This document shows positions 20,213-28,971 of a DNA stretch of 64,000 nucleotides, in pieces. The notes under the pieces are model-generated. The model saw only the letters and a list, made by a program, of their open reading frames with translations. It did no database searches and was not told the DNA's origin. This stretch comes from Alphaproteobacteria bacterium (GTDB taxonomy: Bacteria; Pseudomonadota; Alphaproteobacteria; UBA9219; RFNS01). The stretch is from assembly GCA_016124955.1 (NCBI GenBank), contig WGMR01000007.1:154103-218102 (forward strand). The letters are read 5' to 3'. How positions within the stretch are numbered: position 1 is the first letter of the stretch; every line of letters starts with the position of its first letter. The position numbers were made by a program, and so were the translations under genes.

Positions 20213-20979
20213 ATGCCTAATTTAGTTCAACGAATCGGTGTTTCTTTTGCAACATTGCTGGCGACAGTCGGCACGCCTGCCCATGCGGGCGGCGGTGGCG
20301 GTCATGGCGGTGGTGGCCATGGCGGCGGTCATGGCGGTGGTGAGGCGCCGGTCGATGGCGGTCTTACAGTTAATGTTAGTGGCGGCGATACGCTTAACGA
20401 CATTGACCCCGAAGCGACTGCGCGCAGCACCGGTATCGGCACCGTGACGACTAGAAGCTATGCCTTTGGTGCGCCGGGCGGCGCCAGTGCGAGCGTTGAT
20501 GCGAGCGATCTTGCCGCTGTTGCGCTTGAGCAATGCGGCACGGCAACCCAGACCGTTTTGCCGGGCCGAGCTTCCGGCTTTACGGTTCCGGTTATCGGTG
20601 GCGGCGTGAGCCGCAGCGAAACTGGGCAGGCGACCATGACGGCGGGTCCGGACATGCATTGCATCAGTGCAGTGCTTGACAGCGCCGAGCGTATCGAAGG
20701 CGTGCGCGCGGCCGCCGCAATTTCGTTGAAAACCTGCGCAGCCGCGCCACGGTTGCCAGCGCGCTTGCCACCGGCAGTGGCCCGTGCATGGACAGGTTTG
20801 TTGCGGCCACCCAGCTTGGCGGCGAAGAGCCGGCAGTGGCTCTTGCGACATACCGGCAGTGTGCCGCTGCGCAGGGCCGGCGTGTGCCTGATGCTGTGGT
20901 TGCTCCGGTCGCGCCCACCGCGCGGATTGAGCTGCGTGTTTGCACAACGGCATGTCCGACAGAAGGCCCCGGCGAATAA
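20213..20979 (+). pseudogene. Secreted Gly/His-rich, Cys-containing protein apparently frameshifted near 20718
   Basis: Signal peptide ending AHA then GGGGGHGGGGHGGGHGGG; after 20718 the annotated frame becomes Arg/Pro/Trp-rich with rare codons while frame 20719-20979 reads NFVENLRSRATVASALATG... with typical codons. Confidence 0.65.
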
Positions 20980-20991
20980 AAACTGAATGGT

Positions 20992-21030
20992 TCGTGTCCG
21001 CCCCTTTTGTGGGGCGGCACGACTTTTATT
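20992..21030 (+). terminator. Intrinsic terminator
   Basis: TCGTG(T)CCGCCCC-N6-GGGGCGGCACGA then CTTTTATT. Confidence 0.7.
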
Positions 21031-21055
21031 AAAACAATTATAAGGCGTAGCCGCG

Positions 21056-21776
21056 ATGCGTAGCCGCCCTTTATTGCGCACGGCCGCGGTTGCGGTGTTA
21101 TTCAGCGTTGCCGGATTTTTTCTGTGCGGCCACGCTTCCCGCTTCGCTCGCGTTCGCAGGCACCATAGGCGTCGCAATGGCGGTCAGCGCGCTGGCGGGC
21201 GGCATTGCAAGGCTGGTCACGGCTGCGCTTACGCCGGGCGAACGCAAGGAAGGCTGGTGGTGGAAATCGTTCGCCGGCGGCCTGTTGCCGGGCGCGATCG
21301 GCGGCGGCATCGGCTTCTCGGTCATGGATTTCCTGAGCGCGGACGGATTCCTGCACGGCTTATTCGCGCCAAACGAAGCGCCTGTTCCGCCGCTCATTGC
21401 GCCGGGCCCGGAAGCGGATGTAACAAGCGGCGCGGCATTGGTCGAAGTCGCCGCAAGCGGCGCGCTGCCGACCGGGCTTGAAGGCGTTCTGACGGTCGAT
21501 CAGTTCGCCGCGCTTTCACCCGAATTACAGGCGCTTGCAAATGCAGGCGACCCGGCATCCATGGTTGAATTCAGCAAGGAAGCTTCGTTCCATCTTCTCA
21601 ATCACGCCGGCGGCGATGAAGCCGCGCGCCGCGCCGGGGCGGCGCTGATCCAGCGCGGGCTCGAAGTTGCGCAGCAGGGCGATGTTCACAACATTTTCAC
21701 CCGCATGCTTGCCGCCGATATGGCCTATATAAGGGGCGCACGTGAATTCGTGGGCTTGATCCCGCAACCGCACTAG
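21056..21776 (+). CDS. Membrane-anchored hypothetical protein; either frameshifted at a T6 tract (21116-21121) or starting at ATG 21177
   Basis: Hydrophobic N-terminus split between two frames at GGATTTTTTCTG; downstream frame open to 21776. Confidence 0.55.
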
Positions 21777-21846
21777 ATTTCCGCTTCCTGCTTGCCTTTT
21801 TGTTTCCGTCCGGGCTTGTATGGTGTGTAACCGACCGGGGTGCCGT

Positions 21847-22689
21847 ATGATATCCAAGCCCGTGTGTTTTCTTGTTTCTTTGTTTCTGCTTGTTGCGCCT
21901 GCAGTGCCCGTGCGCGCGGATGAGGCGGTGCGCGATGTTTCCTATGGGCCGGACAAGGCGCAACGCATGGATGTTTATGTGCCCGAAGCGGCCCGCGCAA
22001 ACGGCCGTGCACCGGTTATTCTGATGGTGCATGGCGGCGGTTGGCGCATCGGCGACAAAGATTCGCGCGGTGTCGTGAAAAACAAACGCGCCTATTGGGG
22101 TGCCCGCGGCTTCATCTTTATTTCCGTGAATTACCGCGTGTTGCCCGATACGCCGGTTTCGCAGCAGCTTGAAGATATCGCCGCCGCCGTAACTTTTGCG
22201 CAAGCGCATGCGCCGGAATGGAGCGCCGACGCCGCAAAATTTATCCTGATGGGGCATTCGGCGGGCGCGCATCTGGTTTCGCTTTTAAACGCCGACCCCG
22301 CGCCTGCGGTCAAGGCGGGCGCGCAGCCTTGGCGCGGCGTGGTTTCGCTCGATACCGCCGTGCTGAACGTACCCGCCTTCATGCGTGCGCCGCATCCAAA
22401 ACTTTACGACAAGGCTTTCGGCGACGACCCGGATTATTGGCGCCAACTTTCACCCCTTCACCGTTTGACGAAGGATGCCGCGCCCGTTCTGCTTGTTTGT
22501 TCATCGCGCCGCAAGGTTCCATGCCCTGATGCGCACGTCTTTGCGCACCGCGTGCGCGCCCTTGGCATTCCGGCGGAAGTATTGCCGCAAGACCGTACGC
22601 ATGGGCAGGTCAATGCCGATCTCGGCGAACCCGGCCCTTACACGGATAGCGTGAACGCGTTTATCGAAGCGCGGCTGGCTGCGAACTGA
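21847..22689 (+). CDS. Exported alpha/beta-hydrolase (esterase/lipase)
   Basis: Signal peptide; VHGGGW oxyanion motif, GHSAG nucleophile, C-terminal His (THG). Confidence 0.88.
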   Translation: MISKPVCFLVSLFLLVAPAVPVRADEAVRDVSYGPDKAQRMDVYVPEAARANGRAPVILMVHGGGWRIGDKDSRGVVKNKRAYWGARGFIFISVNYRVLPDTPVSQQLEDIAAAVTFAQAHAPEWSADAAKFILMGHSAGAHLVSLLNADPAPAVKAGAQPWRGVVSLDTAVLNVPAFMRAPHPKLYDKAFGDDPDYWRQLSPLHRLTKDAAPVLLVCSSRRKVPCPDAHVFAHRVRALGIPAEVLPQDRTHGQVNADLGEPGPYTDSVNAFIEARLAAN

Positions 22690-22753
22690 AGGCTTGTATT
22701 TCCACGCCTTTGGCGCGCGGCTCTTGCGCGGACGGCTATAAATTCCTATAGAT

Positions 22754-22786
22754 GACCCTGCTTTCTCTCATGACGGAGAAGGGGTC
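22754..22786 (+). promoter_or_regulatory. Predicted hairpin sequestering the SOD ribosome-binding site
   Basis: GACCCT and TTCTCT pair with GGAGAA-GGGGTC immediately 5' of ATG 22790. Confidence 0.35.
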
Positions 22787-22789
22787 GGC

Positions 22790-23572
22790 ATGGTCATGAC
22801 GCGGCGTATGTTCTTGCGTAATGTTGCCGGAGTTTCCGGCGCAGGCTTGGCGCTGACCGCCTTTTCTGCCCATGGCCCGTCGCACGCCTCTGTTCCAGCC
22901 CGCAACCCTTTAGAAAACGGAAAGGTTCCCATGTCGGCATATCCTTATAAGCTTCCCGATCTTCCCTACGCCGCAGACGCGCTTGCGCCCGTAATCGATA
23001 CCGAAACCATGGGGCTGCATCACGGCAAGCACCATCAGGCCTATATCGACAAGCTCAATGGCGCGCTCAAGGACCACAGCGCGGCGCAGCAGCTTTCGCT
23101 GACCGAGCTGATGGCCAAAGTACAGGAAATGCCCGAAGCCGTGCGCGGCGTGATCCGCAACAACGGCGGCGGCCACGTCAATCACAGCATGTTCTGGCAG
23201 GTCATGGGCCCGCCGAAAGACGGCGCGAAGCCCGGCGGCGAACTTGCAAAGGCGGTCGATGCCGCGTTCGGTTCGCTCGATGACCTGAAAAAGAAATTCA
23301 ACGATGCGGGCGTGAAGCAGTTCGGATCCGGCTGGGTGTTTGTGACCGTGGAAGCGGGCGGCAAGCTGGCCGTTACCGCGCGCCCCAACCAGGATACGCC
23401 CTTGATGGAGGGAACATCCGTCCTGTTCGGTAACGATGTATGGGAGCATGCCTATTACCTGACCTACCGCAATCGCCGCCCTGAATATCTGGAAGCTTGG
23501 TGGAAGGTGCTGGACTGGCCCAAGGTGGAAGCGCGCTACGCGCAGCTGAAGCAGGGCGAAACTATCCTTTAA
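22790..23572 (+). CDS. sodA: Fe/Mn superoxide dismutase (Mn-type signature) with Tat signal
   Basis: HHGKHH, NNGGGHVNH, FGSGW, NQD, DVWEHAYY; TRRMFL twin-arginine leader. Confidence 0.9.
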   Translation: MVMTRRMFLRNVAGVSGAGLALTAFSAHGPSHASVPARNPLENGKVPMSAYPYKLPDLPYAADALAPVIDTETMGLHHGKHHQAYIDKLNGALKDHSAAQQLSLTELMAKVQEMPEAVRGVIRNNGGGHVNHSMFWQVMGPPKDGAKPGGELAKAVDAAFGSLDDLKKKFNDAGVKQFGSGWVFVTVEAGGKLAVTARPNQDTPLMEGTSVLFGNDVWEHAYYLTYRNRRPEYLEAWWKVLDWPKVEARYAQLKQGETIL

Positions 23573-23578
23573 CCCGGC

Positions 23579-24187
23579 ATGGAAAATACGGGCCATCGTG
23601 CGCCGCTGCCGCAGGGCGCGTCCGTAAGGCGCATCGGCGCGGGCGACCGCGGCTTGTTGCGCGGCATTGCCGGGATCGCAAAGCGCTGGGTGCTGCCGGA
23701 TGATTTCGACAGCCTGCCGCCCGATGAAGCCGCGAAGCTTGCGGCGCGCGGTTTCCTTGTTTCCGGCTACACAGAAGAAAAATATGCCGCATGGGCCGCG
23801 ATGGAGGGCGGTATATTCGCGGTCGTGGCTGACGACGAGGTTCTTTGCTTCCTTGCCGCATACGGCGCCCATGACGGCATAACGCCGGATGATGCCGGAA
23901 GCGACTATATAAGGCAGGCATGCAACCCGCGGGCCGTGATTGTCAAGCAGGTCGGCACGCATCCGGGTCATTGCCGGAAGGGCTATCCGGGTCATTTATA
24001 CGACTCGCTGATGCGCCGCGCGCAGGCGGATATTTTTCTCGCGATCGTCGAAAAACCCCTGAATGCGGGGTCGGAAGGCTTCCATGCCGCGCAGGGCTAT
24101 GCGAAAATAGCGACCTTCCTGCATCCCGATGGCAGGCCACGCGGCATATGGAAGAAGCCGTATGACGGAACCGGTACAGCGCCATGA
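23579..24187 (+). CDS. GNAT family N-acetyltransferase
   Basis: VKQVGTHPGHCRKGY, PLNAGSEGFHAAQGY motifs. Confidence 0.75.
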   Translation: MENTGHRAPLPQGASVRRIGAGDRGLLRGIAGIAKRWVLPDDFDSLPPDEAAKLAARGFLVSGYTEEKYAAWAAMEGGIFAVVADDEVLCFLAAYGAHDGITPDDAGSDYIRQACNPRAVIVKQVGTHPGHCRKGYPGHLYDSLMRRAQADIFLAIVEKPLNAGSEGFHAAQGYAKIATFLHPDGRPRGIWKKPYDGTGTAP

Positions 24188-24861
24188 CATATCATAAACT
24201 GATCGAAGGCTTCCGGCAGTTCCAGACCGATTACTTTACCAACAGCGACCGCTATGCCGCGCTTGTGAACGAAGGGCAGAAGCCGGAAACGCTTGTGATC
24301 GGCTGCAGCGATTCGCGCAACGATCCCGCGCTGCTGACCCGCGCGGAGCCGGGCGATATTTTCGTTGTGCGCAATGTCGCCGCGCTCGTGCCGCCCTATG
24401 AGCCGGACGGGCATTACCACGGCACCAGCGCCGCGATCGAATTTGCGGTCAAGGGGCTCGGGGTGAAGAACATCATTGTGCTCGGCCATGCCTTGTGCGG
24501 CGGGATCGAGACGCTGGCCGCCTGTTCGTGCGGCGCGGAGCCGGGCGCGCTTGACCGCAATGCGGACGGCGAAGCCTATGAATTCCTGACGCCGTGGGTG
24601 AAGATCGCGCTTGCCGCCAGAAAAGCGGTGGATGCCGAGATGGAAGGTGTGGCGCCCGCCGTGCGGCAACGCGCGCTGGAACAGGCAGCCGTGCTCGCCT
24701 CGCTCAACAACCTGATGGCATTCCCGTGGATCGCGCCGCGCGTGAAGGACGGGCGGCTGAAGCTGCATGGCTGGTATTTCGACATGGTCGGCGGCAAGCT
24801 GCTCGGGTTCAACCCGGTGCGGCAGGCGTTCGAGGAACTGGCGCCGGAAAGCGCCCCTTAA
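24184..24861 (+). CDS. Beta-class carbonic anhydrase
   Basis: GCSDSR, FVVRNVA, SAAIEFAV, GHALCGG, LHGWYFD. Confidence 0.95.
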   Translation: MTYHKLIEGFRQFQTDYFTNSDRYAALVNEGQKPETLVIGCSDSRNDPALLTRAEPGDIFVVRNVAALVPPYEPDGHYHGTSAAIEFAVKGLGVKNIIVLGHALCGGIETLAACSCGAEPGALDRNADGEAYEFLTPWVKIALAARKAVDAEMEGVAPAVRQRALEQAAVLASLNNLMAFPWIAPRVKDGRLKLHGWYFDMVGGKLLGFNPVRQAFEELAPESAP

Positions 24862-24862
24862 A

Positions 24863-25600
24863 TCAACCGGCGCGGCGGTTGTGACGCGCCGCAATATTGC
24901 TACGGATATTCCGGCGCAGCCGCCAGCTGAAGGCGGCGGTGCGCCCAATCATCCCGGCCTTGCTGCGCCAGTCCACGTTCCAGTGCGACGCGCCATGTAA
25001 ACGCGCCCCGAAATGCACAGGGAAGCGCCGGACATCGTAGCCGCTGCGCCGCGCCGACCAGTAGGCGAAAAGATCGAGCGAGAAATCGTGCGGCGCTTCA
25101 CCCCACCCATTGAACAGCGCGCGGGGGAACATGGTTGGCTGGGCGTTGATATCGCGGAAGCGGTAGCCGAGCAGCAGCGTTTCAAATGCGGCCATGCCGA
25201 GTGTAAACACAATATCGCCAGCAGGGCGGCCGTAGCGCAGGCCCTTCACAAAAATTTTTCCGCCGCCATCGAACAACGCCAGCCCGCGCACGGCATCGGC
25301 AGGGTCGGTTTGCAGATCGGCGTGGGTCCAGCCGAGAACGGTGCCGTGCGCAGCGCGCAGGCCCGCAAGAATACCGAAGCCGTAACCTTGATTGACCGGC
25401 ACGCGCACGGCCCGCAACCGCGTCTGCCCCGCCGTCGCTTCGGCCAGCAATTGCGGGCTTGCGTCGCTTGAACCGTTATCGACGAGGATGATTTCCATAT
25501 CGCCCCCGGCCAGCGCGGCGCGGCAACGTTCAAGCAGCGCCGGAAGGTTGGCGGCTTCGTTGTAGCAGGGAATGACAAGCGAAAGGCGCGGGGCGATCAT
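24863..25600 (-). CDS. GT2 glycosyltransferase (polyprenol-phosphate type)
   Basis: SLVIPCYNE, VDNGSSD, GYGFGI, HADLQTDP. Confidence 0.88.
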   Translation of the reverse strand: MIAPRLSLVIPCYNEAANLPALLERCRAALAGGDMEIILVDNGSSDASPQLLAEATAGQTRLRAVRVPVNQGYGFGILAGLRAAHGTVLGWTHADLQTDPADAVRGLALFDGGGKIFVKGLRYGRPAGDIVFTLGMAAFETLLLGYRFRDINAQPTMFPRALFNGWGEAPHDFSLDLFAYWSARRSGYDVRRFPVHFGARLHGASHWNVDWRSKAGMIGRTAAFSWRLRRNIRSNIAARHNRRAG

Positions 25601-25669
25601 AGGGCGCTTTTAGCACGGAAAACCGCGAATTTCATGCCCAAAATAAGGATGGGACACGGCGCAAGGCGA

Positions 25670-26473
25670 TCAACGCCGCCGCAACACGACCGAGCGCCCG
25701 CAGCCGAAGATGCCGGGCACGATCGCGATCAGCGCATGATCAAGCGCATCAACGCAGCGCAGCGCCCAGCGCGGCAGGTTGATCGTGCGCGTCTGCACGA
25801 CAACGCCACCCGAAAGCGGAAAGATAAAACATTCGTTCACCTCGTTCTTTACGACGCTGAATTGTGGGACCTGCGCTTCAAACCGCGCCGCATCGCGGAA
25901 CAGCATTTCCGGGATCGCGCAATTGGCCGACCATGGATCGTCAGCGCGGTTCGCGGGCGTATTTTCATCGAATGCATCATGTTCATAAGACCACCCTTCG
26001 TGCCGCGTTACGTACAGCATAAGGCGCAGCAGGAACGAGGTGTTGATTTCCTGTATCAGGATATAACCGCCCGGCTTGATCGCGGATGCGAGACGGCGGA
26101 AAAACGCGATCGGATAGGCAAGATGGTGAATCATATGGCTGCAGATCACGGCATCGAGGCTTTCCGGCGGGTAGGGCGGGTTCAGCGCATCCACCACTTC
26201 GTCGATCCACGGGCGCGGTTCGGCGTCTGTGAGGATCAGAGTGCCATTGCGGATATATTCGCGTGCGAGCCCAGCGCCCGCGCCAAGTTCGACCACCTTG
26301 CCGCCCGGTTTGATGTAGTTGTTCATCCAGTCATAGCGCTTGAATAAAAGGTAATCGAGATTCCGGGGGCGGCGCGAAAGGAACAGTTCGCGCGAACGCG
26401 CAATGTTGCCTTTGTGAATGAAACGGCTTTCTTCGTGCGAGGGAAGAAAGGCTCGCGGCAAAAGGCCTTGCAT
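25670..26473 (-). CDS. Class I SAM-dependent methyltransferase
   Basis: VVELGAGAG motif I, LTDA, DAL, DAVICSHMIHH, IKPGG. Confidence 0.85.
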   Translation of the reverse strand: MQGLLPRAFLPSHEESRFIHKGNIARSRELFLSRRPRNLDYLLFKRYDWMNNYIKPGGKVVELGAGAGLAREYIRNGTLILTDAEPRPWIDEVVDALNPPYPPESLDAVICSHMIHHLAYPIAFFRRLASAIKPGGYILIQEINTSFLLRLMLYVTRHEGWSYEHDAFDENTPANRADDPWSANCAIPEMLFRDAARFEAQVPQFSVVKNEVNECFIFPLSGGVVVQTRTINLPRWALRCVDALDHALIAIVPGIFGCGRSVVLRRR

Positions 26474-26499
26474 GGCGGGATCGGCCCTTTCCGTTCGTG

Positions 26500-28119
26500 T
26501 TATGCGCTGCGCATATCTTGCGTATCGGCGCGGCTTCTGTCCGGGTCGCCGGCCAGGGAATAAGGGTGCATATTCCAGCGATCAAGGCAATTCTGCCAAT
26601 ATTCATAGCTGCGAAGTTCGTTCGGCGTACCCCATCCGAGATAATGATCGATTGCGAACAACCTGCAATCGAGCCCGAGCGCGCAGGCATCGTTGATGGC
26701 GGTATCGATATAGAATTCGCCGTTCACGCGGGCGTTGCGTCCTTGCATGCGCGCGACCGCGCGGCGGAAATCGCCCGCACGACGGAAAGTGAAGGTGCCT
26801 GTGACAACCGGGTCGTGTGCCGGGTCTGCCAACGGGACCTTGACGGAAACGTTGCGTATTCTGCCCGCTCCGTCGGCATCGACCCAGCCATAGGCTTGCG
26901 GTTTCTGCGCCGCCTGCGGGTGGCCGCGCACCGCCCAGACGATTGCGTCCACAGCAGGGTCTGCCAGCAGACGCGCCAGCGCTGCCGCATCATAGATCAT
27001 GCCGTGATCACACGCGCCGAAAGTGACCATGGTTTCGTCATGCATGCCTGCGAGGCCTTCCAGGGCCGTGATCGCCTGGCCTTCCGTCAGGCTTTCAAGC
27101 AAAGCTATATCGATGCCCGGAACTTCAAGGCGCAATGATTTTTGCAACCGGTCAAGACCGGGCAGATCGCGCCGCAAAACCGCGCGCACACGCTCGGCGC
27201 GCGGCAAATCACCCAGCGCTTGTACCGCCATCGGTCGCCCGGTTACGGGTATTAGCGGTTTCGGCGCGTCATAGCCTTCGTCCGCGAACCGCCGGCCCCG
27301 CCCCGCCATCGGCACAACCACGCTGCCCGCGATCTGCGCGCGGGATGGCTCCTGCATCTGGCTTCGTAAAAGCGATGACCAGCGGGTGAAATCGGTCAGG
27401 TCTTCGGGCGTGCCCCATTGCATGAAATGATCCATCGCGGCCACGCGGATATCGGCCCCGCGTTCCAGCAACGGACGATAAGCGAGACTTACGTAATGTT
27501 CACCGTTAATCTGCAGATCGTCCCGTTCTTCCAGCGCGCGCATGACTTCCAGCATTAGCGCGCCGGTGCGGAAGTAATAGCCGCCGGAAAGCGCATATTC
27601 GCTCATCGGGTTGTCGGTATAGGGCTGTTTCTCCTGAATGGCGGCGACGCGCGTCCCGTCCATTTGCACATAACCGTAATGGTGGTTGCGCAGCATGTGC
27701 GGATGAAAGCCGGTATAGGCCATCAGCGCGCCATCGCACGCGGTCGTTTCCGTCATGGCGCGGAAGGCGGCATAATCCCACAAGCCCGCATAGTCGCAGT
27801 AACTGACGATCACGGGCTCGTCCGGCTTTACATGGTCGGCGGCGGCCAGCACGGCATGCACGGGGCCGCGCCCGTGCGGCTCGATCGCCGCGACCGTGCC
27901 CGCGGGCCGCAGCGCTGCGAGCATGCCGGCCATATTCCATGCGGGTTCAGCCAGATGATCGCGGTTGCAGATAAAAAGGACATCTTGTTCGCCGGGAAAC
28001 AGATCGACGACATGGGCGATGATGGGTTTGCCCTCAACCTCGATCAGCGGTTTGGGAACCTTGTAGCCCGCGCGGCGAAAACGTTCGCCGGAGCCTGACA
28101 TGGGGATAATAATTTGCAT
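26500..28119 (-). CDS. Tandem two-domain sugar nucleotidyltransferase (NTP transferase x2)
   Basis: IIIPMSGSGERF..GY..PKPLI and VVVPMAGRGRRF..GY..PKPLI; each half ends NGE(H/F)Y..WGTP. Confidence 0.85.
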   Translation of the reverse strand: MQIIIPMSGSGERFRRAGYKVPKPLIEVEGKPIIAHVVDLFPGEQDVLFICNRDHLAEPAWNMAGMLAALRPAGTVAAIEPHGRGPVHAVLAAADHVKPDEPVIVSYCDYAGLWDYAAFRAMTETTACDGALMAYTGFHPHMLRNHHYGYVQMDGTRVAAIQEKQPYTDNPMSEYALSGGYYFRTGALMLEVMRALEERDDLQINGEHYVSLAYRPLLERGADIRVAAMDHFMQWGTPEDLTDFTRWSSLLRSQMQEPSRAQIAGSVVVPMAGRGRRFADEGYDAPKPLIPVTGRPMAVQALGDLPRAERVRAVLRRDLPGLDRLQKSLRLEVPGIDIALLESLTEGQAITALEGLAGMHDETMVTFGACDHGMIYDAAALARLLADPAVDAIVWAVRGHPQAAQKPQAYGWVDADGAGRIRNVSVKVPLADPAHDPVVTGTFTFRRAGDFRRAVARMQGRNARVNGEFYIDTAINDACALGLDCRLFAIDHYLGWGTPNELRSYEYWQNCLDRWNMHPYSLAGDPDRSRADTQDMRSA

Positions 28120-28200
28120 CCATGCGCCCGTGATATAGTATTTCATGGCACTATAGCCGGAACGACCGGCGCAAAAAACACCTAATTCCCGGCGATTTCC

Positions 28201-28968
28201 ATGCCCCAGACCGGCCCCATCCTTATTGCGCACCGCCGCAACCGCCTGGCCGACCTTGCCGCCGTGGCGCGCGGCAACTGGGTCGAGGTTGATATCGAAT
28301 TGCATGAAGGCGAAGCATATCTGGCGCACGACCCGTTGCCCGCACCGCCGGGTGCAATGGATCCGCCGCCCGCCCGGCTAAAGGATTATATGCGTGCCGC
28401 GCAGGAAGCCGGGATCGCCGGTTTTGTGTTCGATTGCAAACGAGAAGGCGCGGCCGCTTTCGTTATGCCGCATTTACGCAGCGCGGGGATAAAAAATTAT
28501 TTCTTTCTGAACGAGACGGAAGTGAGCGCCGATATCGTGCGTACACAAAATGATGCGCATGTCACCGCTTTGCGGCTGTGGCAGTATCGCGGTGCGGACG
28601 AACTGGCTCGCTATATCGAAGACACGTCCGCGCCGCTTTGGGTTTGGGTCGATTGCTGGGCGCGCGGGCTTACGGAAAATATTGCGCGGGCGCATTTGCC
28701 GTTTACGCCGGCGCAAGCGGCGAAGCTGCGCGGCGCGGGTGCGCGGCTGTGCATATGCTCGCCGGAACTGTATGCGCACAGGTATGGCCAAAGTTACGTG
28801 CCCGGCGCGCTCGCGGCGATTTATCGCGGTGTGCTGAAGTATCGCGCGCGGCTGGAAAAAGAAAACATTGCGTTCGATGCGGTGTGCAGCAAGTTTCCGG
28901 GGCTTTGGTCGGGCGCGCTCGGTGCGCTGGCCGGCGCCAACGAGGCGGATCTTTTGCGTGCAGGCTGA
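28201..28968 (+). CDS. PLC-like/glycerophosphodiester phosphodiesterase-fold protein
   Basis: IAHRRN, VEVDIE, LAHDP, WVWVDCW, ICSPEL pattern typical of PDE-like proteins in glycan loci. Confidence 0.6.
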   Translation: MPQTGPILIAHRRNRLADLAAVARGNWVEVDIELHEGEAYLAHDPLPAPPGAMDPPPARLKDYMRAAQEAGIAGFVFDCKREGAAAFVMPHLRSAGIKNYFFLNETEVSADIVRTQNDAHVTALRLWQYRGADELARYIEDTSAPLWVWVDCWARGLTENIARAHLPFTPAQAAKLRGAGARLCICSPELYAHRYGQSYVPGALAAIYRGVLKYRARLEKENIAFDAVCSKFPGLWSGALGALAGANEADLLRAG

Positions 28969-28971
28969 GCG

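Noticed and set aside
20285-20342. GGCGGT/CATGGC repeats as a DNA repeat array or CRISPR
   Set aside because: In-frame Gly/His codon repeats; no repeat-spacer structure and no cas genes
20711-20732. Programmed -1 ribosomal frameshift
   Set aside because: No X XXY YYZ slippery heptamer in the right frame; a single-base deletion or assembly error is more parsimonious
21827-21852. GTAACC upstream of the esterase as a SigF promoter
   Set aside because: No CGAA at N16 spacing
28120-28329. 70-aa N-terminal extension of the tandem nucleotidyltransferase in the ORF track
   Set aside because: Overlaps the start of the divergent PDE-like gene; family homology begins at MQIIIPM (28119)
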